From Eledone cirrhosa (taxonomy: Eukaryota): 64,000 bases of DNA. Below are positions 16,241 to 32,137 of the stretch, in pieces. Below the pieces are notes generated by a model. The model ran no database searches and was not told the DNA's origin. It saw only the letters and a program-made list of their open reading frames with translations. The translations under genes and the position numbers were made by a program. How positions within the stretch are numbered: position 1 is the stretch's first letter; each line of letters begins with the position of its first letter. The stretch covers positions 1 through 64,000 of the forward strand of contig CAXHJY010001599.1 of NCBI GenBank assembly GCA_964016885.1, written 5' to 3'.

Positions 16241-18190
16241 ACATATATGCGATTGTGTATGTGCATGATGGGGAGAAAGGAAAGGGAGGGGTCGGTGTCA
16301 TTTTAATAGGTCTGGAATAAATACTGAGATTGATATGATCAACTAAAACGTTTCAAACTGGTACCCATCACAAAAATGGTGCCCAGCTCGACTCTAATGA
16401 CCGAAACCTGTAAATCAATGGACGCATATTTCATTAACTAATTTAACCAGCTTCCGACAGAAACACTCTGTGTGTATTTAGCTTGATGACTATTCTAGAA
16501 ATGTAACATGTAGTACATTGGTAGGCAAACGTATCTCTTTGAGCTATCCACCTATCTAGTAATCCGAATAATTAAGCTCCCCTGGCAGACTGGGCCCATT
16601 CTCATTACTCCAGTAACCATTCTGTTCCTGAATGTTTGTAGATCATAGAGTGGTTGTCATAGGGAATCTACTCAAGATGTATTTAATCAGAATGCTACAG
16701 TTGTGGCATTCCAGTAATCTGTTTAAGTCTAATGAGATCAGGTAAGTAGCACAGATTGATGCATGTGGCTAGAATTTATGCAGTCAATTATGATGTCTGT
16801 TTTTTTGTAAGAGTCTACTGGGTAGGAAAACAAAACCTCGTTCATTTCGTCTTCCAATCTGTAGTCTGGGCAATCTGCAGTGAAATTATATAGCCTTAAT
16901 CTTGTTGGAGTTATTGCAGCTTTCTTAGCGTTAATTCGCCTTTTTAAGTTTATTTTTTTAGTATGAATTCTTCCTTTATACAATCTCTTGGCGGCTGGTA
17001 TTACACCTGCAAAGCTATCACTAATATTATTCATTATATACTTGTATAAACGAAACTGCCTGGGTTGTTTAGGTTCTCGAATAATTCTTTGCCTACTGTC
17101 CATTGCTTAACTTCAGAGTATTTTCGTGTACATACGTTATAAATATTTTAGTATTTTTAACTACGCGTTTTGTAAAGCTTTTTACAATTTGTTGGACACC
17201 AGGTCCGAACACAGAAGAGCCGAACTCCCACTGTCATCGCCTCCATCTCTCTCGCCCTCCCCATCTCTCACTATAATGAGAAAATGGGGTTTCACGTGCT
17301 GGCCGCCCCCACGGCCCCGGCGAACAGAATGGACAAGGCGTTTTCCCGGAGGATGGTAAGGGAGATGCGCTGTAGGAGTCATTAGTTATTGTATTTTTTC
17401 ACTTGATCGACGATGAAGATTTATTTCCATAAATTTCTAAAGGAGTTGATGTCTTTCGTAGCTAGCTATGGTTGAACAGCTGTCAGTCAATATCCTGCTG
17501 GTTTTAAATCTGCAACGATTTTGAAGCTAATCGATTGCAGTTTCTATTGCTAATAGCTTGACATGAAAGTATATTTGTGTCAATTGAGATATCGACCTAT
17601 GTTAGTTTTACGATTTTCGGTTTCTAACGACTCAACCCCACCCCGCCCTCACCCCAACCTTCACCGCTCAGTTTCTTTCTATGGTGATAACTCTTGGCAT
17701 TCATTTTGTTCCGTAACCGTCAGCAAAAATGTGGTCGATTAAACCTATACTATGTTCTGTCCATGCATGATTCCAGCATATTGATGTGGAATTTCTCTCA
17801 TTCTTCATTACTGAACGGGTTCTCAGTGAATACTAGGAGAATATTTGTGGTTATCTTATAGATCGAATATTTGTCAATTAACCTGACACATATCTCGTAA
17901 ACAATGTTGGCATTAGTTTTTACTCAATTTTTAAGTGTTTGGAGATTCGCAGCTATCCGTGTAAATTCTTCGGACGTGTAGTAGGAGTTCCTAATGGGTT
18001 TAGGAATTCTTTTTGCTTTTGTTGTTATTGAATTTTGCGCTGGTAGCGATATCATGTAGGTACGATGCAATTTGATGTCACATATGTTGTTGGTGATAAT
18101 GTAGTGTATTAGTTTTGATGGTGTTGACGTTGGCTAATGCACCTTGCTTCGCTAGTCAATATATATTTGCCATCCCTGCTCTTTGATATA

Positions 18191-18533
18191 CAGTGTACCC
18201 CGGCATTCGCGGTCCTAGTTATTCGCGGAATTTTCCTTAGAACCTCACTAATAATTGTTCGTGGAAACCAGCGCATATTCGCAAAATCGTAAATATCTTC
18301 CGTGATTTTTTATGGCTTTTTTCGTGGCAGTATATATTTTTTAACGCTAAATTATTAATAACAATATACCGTATGTGCCGGCCTATTGGTCGCCCTTTCG
18401 CATTTTTTAATTATATTCTATGTTATATTTTGATGTTTATAGGCATTTTTATGGACCACGTCCAATATTCGCGGTTTTTCACACTTCGCGTGTACTCTAG
18501 GAAAATAACCTCCGCGAATACCGAGGACAACTG
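18191..18533. mobile_element. pogo/Tigger-like MITE
   Basis: TA-CAGTgtaccccggcattcgcgg ... ccgcgaataccgaggacaACTG-TA. Confidence 0.7.
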
Positions 18534-18836
18534 TATATTTGTCAACTATGTTATCAAAGGACGCCTCCCACAATTCCTTTGACCACTATCATTTATATCA
18601 TCATCTGGTACTGGGGTCGATTCTTCCTCTATGTCTCTTTCTCATTTCCTCTCTCTCACTTTCTATCTTTCTCTGGAAGAAATCTGCTGTACTTAGGCCT
18701 GGAGAGGGATGGGCTCCGCCAGGTTAAAAATGCCCAAGTAACGCCGTATATCAATACGACACCCCTACGACTCTATCAGGCGTTACGGGACATATACACT
18801 ACATATTGCCTATAAATTCGTTGAGATATTCATAAT

Positions 18837-18929
18837 TGTTTCTACGTTAGGCACAAGGCCAGCAATTACCCAGTGCATTACTGGTACTTTATTTTATCGA
18901 CCCCGTAAGGATGAAAGGCAAAGTCAACC
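18837..18929 (-). mobile_element. 5'-truncated SINE with 19-bp TSD
   Basis: tcgttgagatattcataat at 18818-18836 and 18930-18948. Confidence 0.85.
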
Positions 18930-21656
18930 TCGTTGAGATATTCATAATGTTGAGATTGATTTCTGTTGCTGTTTTGGGGGAAAAGGTGTCAATTCATGGT
19001 GGTTTCTAGTGTATGGACTCATGTTACGTTTGATTTCATGTGTAAGCTTAAAAGATTTCTTGTTGATTGTGTTGTCTTGGTTACATTTTTTTAAATTCGA
19101 ATTTCTGGTATCTTGCTTGTTTTTAGAATATATATCTACGTGTAGTATATTTAGATATAAATGTTCTCACCTTTGAGAGTTTCTAGTTCTCTCATTTTTT
19201 TATGTATATTAAATCATATTGTCAACAGTTCAGTATAATTTTGCGGCATTGTAAACAGAGTATTTCTAAGTACTATTCTTTGCTCCATTGTTCTGTTATT
19301 GCTTCTCTTTCGTTTGATGACCAGTATGTTCACTATCCATTCAAGTGGAACGGTCATTTTCTGCTAGGATAGTCAGAAAATGACCGTTCCATTTCAATGG
19401 ATACCGATTCGTTTGCTGATTCATATTTCAGTTTCTCTTGTTTGAAAGTTTTATTGTATTAGAATCAAACTACGCGTATCACCTACAGCTTTGGGTGGAA
19501 TAGGATTTTATTGGTATTTTTATTACTATGCCAGGCTTGTATTTCTTTCTATCGTGTTGTGTGTTTATATTCACTGGTTCTTTGTGGCTTCTATGTTAAC
19601 ACGTGAATAATTGTAGTTTATGTAGACTTCGACAAGAGGTGAAAAAAATTGAGAAAAAATGTTTTTAGTGACAAGGATTCTAAGTGACACTTGTGTTCGG
19701 TATTTTCAGGCTTTTCATTCTAAACTAAAACAAGATAACGAACATTAATGTGTGATATGTGTGTATGAGCGTGTCCTTACGCCTATATTAATATATGTTA
19801 TGTGTGTCTGCGCCTATATTAATAAATGTGATATGTGTGTATGTGCATCTGCATTCGCCTATATGTGATGTGTGTGTACGTGCGTGTATCTGCTCCTAAA
19901 TTAACGTATGTGATATGTGTGTATGTCCTAGTAATATTTTGAGCATGTATAGTTTTTAGAAGAGCTGTATGCATCGTGTAATCCCGGCCAGTCCAAACCG
20001 ACTAGTCTCATGGCACGCAAGTAGTCGGACGAATGACTAAGAACAATCCACTGATCCAGTGATACTAAAATATGCTATATTAATGCCCTGGTGAGGACCC
20101 CATGGAGCACTGAAAAACATGCTGTGGTACATTATGAAATAGTGTATTTTCTTCACAAATTTGTCTAATTCTGTATGCCTATAGGTTCTGTCGGTGGAGA
20201 AAGCAGAGACGCGTCAGATGAACTCAGTTGGAACTCGACAGTTGCTATCCTTCTCATATATCTAATACAGCAACAGGAGACTTATCTTGTCAGACCTCCC
20301 AACTTTCCCCGTCCGACGGGGAGATCTCCCACCCATTTTGAGGTGGATGAGCGATGTATTCCCTTGTGAAAATGGGTATAGCTTTCATTATATAAAATCT
20401 CCCATTTTGCCTCAATTTTAACTGTTTTGGGGCACTTTTTTCATGGTACTCCCCGTTTGGGGTTTTAGAGGTTGGCAGGTCTGTAATATGTACGTAATAA
20501 TATATGTGTGCGGAGGATGGGGATGTTGTTGTTGCTATTGATTACCTTCAAGTAAATCCTAATTGAGCAGACAAGCTGATGGTCAAAGGCATTGTAAACC
20601 TATGACAATGCCGTACCAACTGCGAGCATCCCTTTTTTTTAATTTGTATATGAGGGAGTACATTGTGCATTGTGTCTCGTCTTTTCATTTTGAAGATCGT
20701 ATATTTAAAGGAATTTTACTGCTATTTCTAGTAGGGCTAGCGGCCACATAAATTCTCCTTAATTGGTTTATGTGGTTGTATTATATGGAAGTGGTTGCCA
20801 TTGATGTTTAGCCACCGGTATACGCTGATTGTGCAAATATCATTAAAGGCATTCTAGTTGTGACCATTTCGCTTTCTTCATCTATGTAGGGAACACACGG
20901 CCATATTAAGACCGTAGGATCTGATTTGAGAACGATTTGGCTGCTATTGTAGCAGATCGAACAAACACGTACATACTTCTGTGTGCATTTAATTAAAGAT
21001 TCAATAAATCCGCTTCTTATTTATGTCATTCCTCAATCTGAGTTAACTCCCCCTGAGGTCAACTTCGCTAATAATCCCACCAAGGAGTAGATAATATAGA
21101 TACCAGTAATATATTGAGGTCGATTCATTTCCCAATGATTCCAAAATAGGGCACAAATTGAGAATGATTTTCTTATTTGTAGCAGGTAAAGAACCCGTTT
21201 AAAAACTTCTGTGTTAGTCTATCGTAGCAATAGTGGTTGTAGCTGTAGCTGGTTGTCGAGTCCCAAGTTAGGCTTGATCGTGCATACCTATGATCACAAT
21301 ATTCCAGCCATGATCATCCTGTCGTTTTCAGACACAGCATAAGAAGAAATACTGCATCCAATGCCTCCCTTTCTAGAGATTTAGCTGATATTTCTAACAG
21401 GACAAGCGACCGCGTAGAGATAACATCATTGGCTATCGTATATGTTTGCTGTTGCTGCTCTTAATGTTGTTATTGTCGCAATTGTTGTTGCTGAAGCCTG
21501 AGTTTACTTCATCAAGCAGACCTATGAGGTCATTGCAGCTGTGGCCAATCTATCATTTTTCTATGAGCAACACATCGAGGGTCACATTATCCAGTTGCTC
21601 CTTTAGTTTGAATGAATTTGGTAACTACCTCTTGCAGGTCTTATGAATACTTAGAG

Positions 21657-21969
21657 CAGTGGTTCCCAAACTTTTGTACACCATGCCCCACCTCAACATC
21701 TCAAATATTTTTATGCCCCACTTTGATATAAAAGCTGCGAAGTTCAACTACAAAGTATAAACAAATTGGGTGATGCTAGATGCACATTAACACGTATGAA
21801 GGAGGTGAGACAGGAGATTCTGACAGTGATTTGTTCCAAAGTTGCCTTGGTGTAAAAGTAATAAGGCAAAACCTGAAGTTTGCTCTCATTAACATTATTT
21901 TCAAAATTGCTCCCTTGAATATTCAAACTGCTCCCCTGTGGGGCGTGCGTCTCACGTTGCGAATCACTG
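21657..21969. mobile_element. hAT (Charlie-like) MITE
   Basis: CAGTGGTTCCCAA / TTGCGAATCACTG; TSD acttagag/acgtagag. Confidence 0.75.
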
Positions 21970-22188
21970 ACGTAGAGTTTCCCTCATTAGCCTGCACATA
22001 TATGTTTGATATATGTAGTATGTGTTTCTTGTGTGGCATATGCAGTAAACCTGATGTTCATTTGATATTTATTTGGTAGTGGTGGTGGTGGTAATTCGAG
22101 TATTGCTTCTCTTGAGGGCGATGTGATATCGTATGCATTTGAGTATATACACGTGCGTGTGTGTGTGTGTGTGTGTGTGTACATGTGT

Positions 22189-22230
<42 letters not shown>

Positions 22231-22241
22231 ATGTGTGTGTA

Positions 22242-22276
<35 letters not shown>

Positions 22277-22596
22277 ATGTGTGTGTGTGTGTGTGTGTAC
22301 ATGTGTGTATATATAAATGTGTGAGGGGAATATGGTGAGGTATTGTTTTCTGATAGAAAGTTGTTTAGTTGTCGGTGGTAAGGACGATGGTGGTGATGGC
22401 AGTGGTAGTGGTTGGCATTGTTCTTTCTGTCATTATTTAACTCTAGATGAGTCTTAATAGGCATTCCAGCCGTGACTATCCTGTCTTTTTTCCTACGTGC
22501 AGGGAGGCTGAAAACACATTCTACAAGACTTTCCCTTAGACGATAGACTGTAATTTGAGGATGAATATGTTGGTGCAGTATTGGTCGGGGTGAATG

Positions 22597-22642
<46 letters not shown>

Positions 22643-22663
22643 GTGTGTGTGTGTATACATACA

Positions 22664-22695
<32 letters not shown>

Positions 22696-22713
22696 GTGTG
22701 TGTGTGTGTGTGT

Positions 22714-22777
<64 letters not shown>

Positions 22778-22789
22778 GTGTGTGTGTGT

Positions 22790-22874
<85 letters not shown>

Positions 22875-23110
22875 TATATATAAATATATATTAATATATA
22901 TATAATATATATATATATTTTGTCTGATGAAGGCATACCATAATATGTATATAAATATATATATATATATTCTTTTACTCTTTTACCTGTTCCAGCCATC
23001 CAGCTGAGGCCATGCTGGGGCACCCTATATATATAAATTAATTAAGGTATCATAACATATATAATATGAATGATGACTATGTTTCTCAGTAGAAAAGCTC
23101 AATTTGAATC

Positions 23111-23191
<81 letters not shown>

Positions 23192-23264
23192 TGTGTGTGT
23201 GTGTACATAAAGTACGCTGCAGGTATGTAGCTAACGTATTATTGCAAGTGATGATTTGTTGGTA

Positions 23265-24850
23265 GAGCTGGAGGTAGAGATGGCGACGATGATAGTGAGG
23301 AGGTGGTGGTGGTGGTGGTGGTGGTGGTGGTGGTGGTGGTGGTGGTGGTGGTGGTGGTGGAAGTAGAGATAGCGATGATGGTGGTGGAGGTAGAGATGGC
23401 GACGATGATAGTGAAGTGGTGGTGGTGATGGTGGTGATGGTGGTGGTGGTGGTGGTGGTGGTGGTGGTGGTGGTGGTGGTGGTGGAAGTAGAGATAGCGA
23501 TGATGGTGGCGGTGACGATGGTGGCGGTGACGATAGTGAAGTGGTGGTGGTGATGGTGGTGATGGTGGTGGTGGTGGTGGTGGTGGTGGTGGTGGTGGAA
23601 GTAGAGATAGCGATGATGGTGGCGGTGACGATGGTGGCGGCGATGATAGTGAAGTGGTGGTGGTGGTGGTGGTGGTGGTGGTGGAAGTAGAGATGGCGAT
23701 GATGGTGGCGGTGACGATGGTGGCGACGATGATAGTGAAGTGGTGGTGGTGGTGGTGGTGGTGGTGGTGGTGGAAGTAGAGATAGCGATGATGGTGGCGG
23801 TGACGATGGTGGCGGTGACGATAGTGAAGTGGTGGTGGTGGTGGTGGTGGTGGTGGTGGTGGTGGTGGGTGTATGCGTGCGTTGAATATCTCAGTGATGA
23901 TAAGTGTTGTGGTGTCAGTGCGGCTGTTTTATTATCTATGGCTGTACGATGCAGTACTGGTGATGGTGGTGGTGGTGGTGGTGGGTAATGGTGGTGGTGG
24001 TGGTGGTGGTGGTGGTGGGTAATGGTGGTGGTGGTGGTGGTGGTGGTGGTGGTGGTGGTGGTGGGTAATGGTGGTGGTGGTGGTGGTGGTGGTGGTGGTG
24101 GGTAATGGTGGTGGTGGTGATAATGGTCGTGGTGATGGTGGTTGTGGTGGAATGTTGGTGGTGTTTTAGTGGTGTAGTAATAGTGATGATGGTGGTGGTG
24201 GTGGTGGTGGTGGTGGTGGTGGTGGTGGGTAATGGCAGTGACAGTGGTGGTGGTGGTGGTGCCTGTGGTGGTGATGGTGGTGATGGTAAAGGTGGTAATG
24301 GTGGTGATGGTGGTGGTGATAGGTAATGGTGGTGGTGGTGGTGGTGGTGCTTGTGGTGGTGGTGGTGGTGATGGTGGAATGTTGGTGGTGTTTTAGTGGT
24401 GTAGTAATAGTGATGATGGTGGTGGTGGTGGTGGTGGTGGTGGTGTGGTGGTGGTGGTGGGTAATGGCAGTGACAGTGGTGGTGGTGGTGGTGCCTGTGG
24501 TGGTGGTGATGGTGGTGATGGTAAAGGTGGTAATGGTGGTGATGGTGGTGGTGATAGGTAATGGTGGTGGTGGTGGTGGTGCTTGTGGTGGTGGTGGTGA
24601 TGGTGGAATGTTGGTGTTCGTAGTGGTGGCAGTGGTGATGGTGGTGTTAGTAATGGTTTATGTATGGTAGTAGTGATGGTAATGGTGATGGTAATGGTGG
24701 CGGTGATGGTGGTGACGGTAGTGATGTGTAGTGGTGGTGATGGTAGTATTGGTGCTGTTGTTGTTGTTGTTGGTTGTGTTGGTGGTGGCAGTGAGGTATA
24801 GTGGTGTTTTATAAGGGTGGGTGAATGGTGACGATGGGTAATGTTGTTTG
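23265..24850. repeat. (GGT)n-based low-complexity tract with higher-order units
   Basis: Recurrent gaagtagagatagcgatgatggtggcggtgacgatg units, plus a duplicated block of about 240 bp. Confidence 0.9.
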
Positions 24851-24954
24851 TAATGGTTCATGTGTGGTAAGGGTGGTGTGTCTGTGTGTGTGTGTGTGCG
24901 TTTGTGTGTGCGTGAGTGGTTGAAGTTGTGTGTTAATAACAGCAATGTTGTGTA

Positions 24955-25021
<67 letters not shown>

Positions 25022-25025
<4 letters not shown>

Positions 25026-25158
25026 GAAAAGGTATGACCCCGATGGCAGAGCTCAAGCCGTGTCATACCTTTTCCTATTTCCCACTCTACTACCTTAAGT
25101 ATTGAGTACTCTTGTGCGTTATGGTCCATCTGGTTCCTTACGACAATTCCTTCGTTAT
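25022..25158 (+). mobile_element. Family B fold-back element copy
   Basis: Inverted short arm plus a long arm ending ttccttcgtta in (TA)n. Confidence 0.7.
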
Positions 25159-25159
25159 A

Positions 25160-25193
<34 letters not shown>

Positions 25194-25314
25194 CATACAT
25201 ATATATATACATACATATATATATATATATATACATATACATACATATACATACATATATACATATATACATATATATATATATATTTATATATATATAT
25301 ATATATATATACAT

Positions 25315-26035
<721 letters not shown>

Positions 26036-26038
26036 ATA

Positions 26039-26072
<34 letters not shown>

Positions 26073-26168
26073 CATATATATATATACAAGTTTTAGTACA
26101 GCATTAACGAAGCTTTAGTTTGCGGCCAAGCTAACGAATGCAAATTCGGTATGTAGATTTAGCACTCG

Positions 26169-26246
<78 letters not shown>

Positions 26247-26450
26247 ATACATATATATATACATATATATATACATATATATATATATATTTACATATAT
26301 ACATATATATTATTACTCCAGAGTAATAACAATACGTTTAGACAGCTTAGCAAATATATACGGTTCTTATATATTTGATATATATTTATCCTTATCGAGC
26401 CCTCTTTGGATTTTAGTCTTCAAATTTATTATTATTATTATTATATATAT

Positions 26451-26645
26451 AAGGGCGGTGGATTGGCAGTATCGGTAGAGAGTCGGACGCCATGCTTTCC
26501 AGCATAGTTACGTCTCTTTGCGGTCTGAGTTCAAATCCCGCCGAGGTTAACTTTGCCTTTCATCCTTACGGGGTCGATAAAATAAAGTACCAGTAATGTA
26601 CTGGGTAATTGCTGGCCTTGTGCCAAAAGTAGAAACAATTATTAT
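26451..26645 (+). mobile_element. Full-length tRNA-derived SINE of the dominant family; further copies near 12052, 14095, 14716, 14925, 27052, 28847, 29160, 29404-29700, 41040, 41700-42420 (tandem cluster), 43575, 53996, 55887 and 60860
   Basis: A-box TGGCAGTATCGG, B-box GAGTTCAAATCC, body tttgcctttcatccttacggggtcgataaaataaagtaccagt, tail ggccttgtgcc..gaaacaattatt. Confidence 0.9.
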
Positions 26646-26707
26646 ATATATATGTATATGTGTGTGTATATATATATATACACACACACACATATATATA
26701 TATATAT

Positions 26708-26746
<39 letters not shown>

Positions 26747-26787
26747 TATATACATACACATATATATATATATACATATATATATAC

Positions 26788-26843
<56 letters not shown>

Positions 26844-26986
26844 GTATATATATATGTATATATATATATGTATATATATATGTATATATATCTATATATA
26901 TATATATATGTATATATATATGTATATATATCTATATATATGTATATATGTATATATATATATGTATATATATATGTATATATGTA

Positions 26987-27028
<42 letters not shown>

Positions 27029-27399
27029 ATGCTGTGTATGTGTTTGTAATAATTGTTTCTACTTTAGGCACAAGGCCAGCAATTACTCAGTGCATTACTG
27101 GTACTTTATTTTATCGACCCCGTAAGGATGAAAGGCAAAGTCAACCTCGGCAGGATTTGAACTCAGATCGTAAAGGGACGTAACTATGCTGGAAAGCATG
27201 GCGTCCGACCCTCTACCGATACTGCCAATCCACCGCCATATGTGTTTGTAATAATATCTAACAGTTGTGTATGTGTACGTAATATATATAATGTGAGTGT
27301 GTATGTAATAAATATAGTGTTGTATATGTGTATGTAATACAGTATATATAATGTTGTGTATGCGTGTATATAGCATGCAGTGTTGTTTGTGTGGAGATG

Positions 27400-28248
27400 T
27401 TGCTGGTGATGATGAAAATCATGTGTAGTGATGTATATGGTGTGAGGATGGTAGTGATGGGTGGTTGTGGTATGTCTAGTGTTGGGTATGCAGTTGCTAT
27501 GGTAGTGGGATGGTTATGGTAGTGGTGGTTGTAGTGGTGGTGGTTATGGTAGTGGTGCTGGTTATGGTAGTTGTGGTGGTTATGGTAGTTGTGATGGTTT
27601 TAATACTGATGAGGGATGTGTTAGTGGTGGTGTTTATGATAGTGGTGGTTGATATGATATGATAGAGATGGCGGTTGTGATTGTGGTATTGTTTACGTCA
27701 ATGATGGTGGTAGTTAGGACAATGGTGGTGCTAGTTAGGACAATGGTGGTGGCGGTGGTGGTGGTGTCGGTGATGATGTTTATGATGATGATGATAATGA
27801 TGGTGGTGGTGGTGGTGGATGTGGTGGTTGTGGAGGTGATGATGTTGATGAAGATGATAATGATGGTGGTGGGGTGGTGGTGGTGGCGATGATGATGATG
27901 GTGGTGGTCGTGGTGGTGGGGTGATTAAGTTGATGATGATGATGATGATGATGATAATTATGGTAGTGTTGCTGGTGGTGCTGGTGTTATTAGTGGAGCA
28001 GTGATAGCGGCGGGGATTAAGCCTAGTGGTGGCGGAAGTGTTGAGGAGAAACATGCGTTGTTGTTCTCGTCGTTGTCACAACACAACAGTAAGTAACGTT
28101 CGTGTTTATATCACCAAGACCGAAGTCACCACTCTTAAAGCAAGAATGACGACAACGACAACTAGGACGATGACAAAGATGGTGATGATGATGGTGATGA
28201 TGATGATGATGGTGATGATGGCGATGATGATGATGGTCATGATGATGG

Positions 28249-28283
<35 letters not shown>

Positions 28284-28404
28284 GTGATGATGGCAGTGGA
28301 GTAGTTTAGATTGGGGTCATGATGATGACGATAATGCTGATGATGGTAGTGCTGGTGATGATGCTGATGATGATGATGATGAAGATGATGATGAAGATGA
28401 TGAA

Positions 28405-28461
<57 letters not shown>

Positions 28462-28660
28462 GGTGGCGGTGGTGATGATTAAGAGGAGAAAGAGAGAGGA
28501 GGAATAGATAGAAGAGAGGTGAAAGTGGCTGAAGAAGTTGGGAGAGGGACAGTGATTATGATACGACGATGATGATGTTGGTGACGATGATGACACCGAA
28601 GATGGTGATGATGATGACGATGACGACAATGATGATCAATAATGATTTCTTAAGAAAATA
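27400..28660. repeat. (GGT/GAT)n low-complexity tract
   Basis: Direct reading. Confidence 0.85.
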
Positions 28661-28741
28661 GTAATTGCTTATTATCGAAAAGTTATCTCGACGGTGCTGT
28701 GATGGTGATGATGATGATAAGGATGTGAACAATACTACTAC

Positions 28742-28773
<32 letters not shown>

Positions 28774-28800
28774 TTCGGCCCTTGTGGCCAATAAATGAAA

Positions 28801-28843
<43 letters not shown>

Positions 28844-29949
28844 CTTTGACGCATAGAGTTACCATTCTGAGTTCAAATCCCGCCGAGGTTAACTTTGCCT
28901 TTCATCCTTACGGGGTCGCTAAAATAAAGTACCAGTAATGCACTGGGTAAGTGCTGGCCTTGCCTTGTGCCAAAAAGTAGAAACAATTATTATTATTATT
29001 TTTATTTATATATTTTCATTGTTAAATTAGTCTTGCCATTGTGCACTTTTACTCGAGCTTATTGTAAACCCCCACTGTCCGTGTCTTTGTATTGTCCCCT
29101 ACAGTCGGCCCTTGTGGCCAATAAATGAAATCATTATTATTATTATTATTATTATTGATTTGCAGCATAGAGTTATGGCCCTTTACGTTCCGAGTTTAAT
29201 TCCGCTGGGGTTAACTTTGCCTTTCATCCTTACGGGGTCGATAAAATAAAGTACCAGTAATACACTGGGGTTAATTATTGGCCTTTATAATTAACAGTTA
29301 CCTCCTTGACCCCGCCACCCCCATCACCATCGAAATGAGGGGGCCATGTGTCTCTGTTAGAAATAATGACAACAACAACAACAACAACAACAATAATGAT
29401 AATAATTGTTTCTACTTTTGGCACAAGGCCAGCAATTATCCCAGTGTATTACTGGTACTTTATTTTATCGACCCCGTAGCGATGGAAGGCAAAGTTAACC
29501 CCTCAGCGGTTGGCACAAGGCCAAGCAATTGTTCCAGTGCATTACTGGAACTTTATTTTATCGACCTCGTAAGGATGAAAGGCAAAGTTCAAATGCCGCC
29601 GAGGTTAACTTTGCCTTTCATCCTTACAAGATCGATAACATAAAGTACCAGTAATGTACTGGGATAATGGCTGGCCTTGTGCCAAAAGTAGAAACAACTA
29701 TTATCATTATTGTTGTTGTTATTATTTCTAACAGAGGCACATGGCCCCTCATTTCGATGGTGATGAGGGTGGCGGGTCAAGGAGGTAACTGGTAATTATA
29801 TCAATATCAATATTTCACAGATATTGATCCCGGCAAGGATGAAAGGTGAGACTGAGGTTGACTTTGTCTTTTATCGTCGCAAGATCAATACTACTACAAA
29901 TAATAATAACAATATAAGTAGTAATAACAGCAGCAGTAGTAATATTCGT

Positions 29950-29977
29950 GGCGGTAGTAGTAGTAGCAGCAGCAGTG

Positions 29978-30058
<81 letters not shown>

Positions 30059-30121
30059 ATAGTAGTAGTAGTAGTAGTAGTAGTAGCAATAGTAGTAGTA
30101 GTAATAGTAGTAATAGTAGTA

Positions 30122-30167
<46 letters not shown>

Positions 30168-30187
30168 AAGTAGTAGTAGTAGTAGTA

Positions 30188-30227
<40 letters not shown>

Positions 30228-30268
30228 AAGTAGTAGTAGTAGTAGTAGAAGTAGTAGTAGTAGTAGTA

Positions 30269-30304
<36 letters not shown>

Positions 30305-30384
30305 CGAGTGAGAGTAATAAAAATGCAGTCAACAACGATACTGGTAATAAGTACAATACTAATGATACTAATAGGAGGAATGTA

Positions 30385-30419
<35 letters not shown>

Positions 30420-30855
30420 GATGGTGGTGGTGGTGGTGATGGAGGGGGTGGTGATGGAGGGGGTGGAGGCGGTTTGGGGGGTGGTTGTGGTGGTGGTGAT
30501 GATGATGATGATGGTGGTGCTAGTGGTGGTGATGATGATGGTGGCGGTGGTGGAGGTGATGGTGGTGGCGGTAGTGGTGGTGGTGGTAGTTTAGATTGCG
30601 GACCTGATGTGATGATGACGATAATGCTGCTGATGGTAGTGCTGGTGGTGGTGGTGGTGGTGGTGCAGGTGATAGTCGTGGTGCTGGTGGTGGTGGCGGC
30701 GGCGTTGGCGGTGGTGGAGGCGGCGGTGCTGGTAATGATGGTAGCGACATTGGTGGTAGTTTTGATAGTGGTGATGATGGTGGTGGTGGTGGTGGCAGTG
30801 GTGGTAATGATGGTAGTGACGTTGGTGGTAGTTTTGATAGTGGTGGTGATGGTGG

Positions 30856-30889
<34 letters not shown>

Positions 30890-30954
30890 GGTGGCAGTGC
30901 TGGTAATGATGGTAGTGACGTTGGTGGTAGTTTTGATAGTGGTGGTGATGGTGG

Positions 30955-30988
<34 letters not shown>

Positions 30989-31200
30989 GGCAATGCTGGT
31001 AATGATGGTAGTGACGTTGGTGGTAGTTTTGATAGTGGTGGTGATGGTGGTGGTGGTGGTGGTGGCAGTGCTGGTAATGATGGTAGTGACGTTGGTGGTA
31101 GTTTTGATAGTGGTGGTGATGGTGGTGGTGGTGGTGGTGGCAGTGCTGGTAATGATGGTAGTGACGTTGGTGGTAGTTTTGATAGTGGTGGTGATGGTGG

Positions 31201-31234
<34 letters not shown>

Positions 31235-31460
31235 GGCAGTGGTGGTGGCAGTGCTGGTAATGATGGTAGTGACGTTGGTGGTAGTTTTGATAGTGGTGGT
31301 GATGGTGGAGATGATGATGATGATGATGATGGTGGTGGTGGCAGTGCTGGTAATGATGGTAGTGACGTTGGCGGTAGTTTTGATAGTGGAGGTGGTGATG
31401 ATGATGATGATGATGATAATGATGATGATAATGGTGATGATGGTGGTGATAGTTATTATA
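29950..31460. repeat. (AGT)n tract followed by a (GGT/GAT)-derived minisatellite of about 57-75 bp
   Basis: Unit core gcagtgctggtaatgatggtagtgacgttggtggtagttttgatagtgg, about 9 copies. Confidence 0.9.
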
Positions 31461-31772
31461 ACTGCAGAGCAGAGAAAATCTTGTGAATGACGACATCGAT
31501 ACGAACAAATTCTGCGACCACAAAGATAAATAAGAGACATGTTCTCCTAAAAATCAACAACAAACACAAACAACAACTACAGTAACAACAACAACAACAA
31601 CTGTAATAACAACAACAACAACAATAATAATAACAACTACTGTAGTAACAAATACAAGGAAATCAACAGGTGAATGTATATTAGTTTATAACAAGCAGAG
31701 CGAAGACAGCGTCACTACGAAACATGACTTAAATGATACAATATTATACAATTACCTTTTAGTGCACTAGCT

Positions 31773-31849
<77 letters not shown>

Positions 31850-31913
31850 TATATATATATAGAGAGAGAGAGAATAAGGAAAAGCGAAGTAGTTTCAGAT
31901 GTTCAAGTCCTTC

Positions 31914-31958
<45 letters not shown>

Positions 31959-31988
31959 TGAATATATATGTATATATAAATATTATAT

Positions 31989-32030
<42 letters not shown>

Positions 32031-32070
32031 TGAGTATATATGTATATATAAATATTATATTAAATATTGT

Positions 32071-32102
<32 letters not shown>

Positions 32103-32137
32103 TATAAGTATTAATAAAATAGATGTTCTTTTGATCA

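Noticed and set aside
16560-18170. Possible decayed LINE on the minus strand
   Set aside because: Only vague motif resemblance; I could not recover diagnostic RT motifs by hand.
26451-26545. tRNA gene suggested by A/B boxes
   Set aside because: It is the head of a multi-copy SINE and I could not form a proper cloverleaf.
29824-31540. Poly-Ser, mucin-like Thr-rich and His-rich ORFs
   Set aside because: Open in several frames on both strands because of trinucleotide repeats; no non-repetitive domain.
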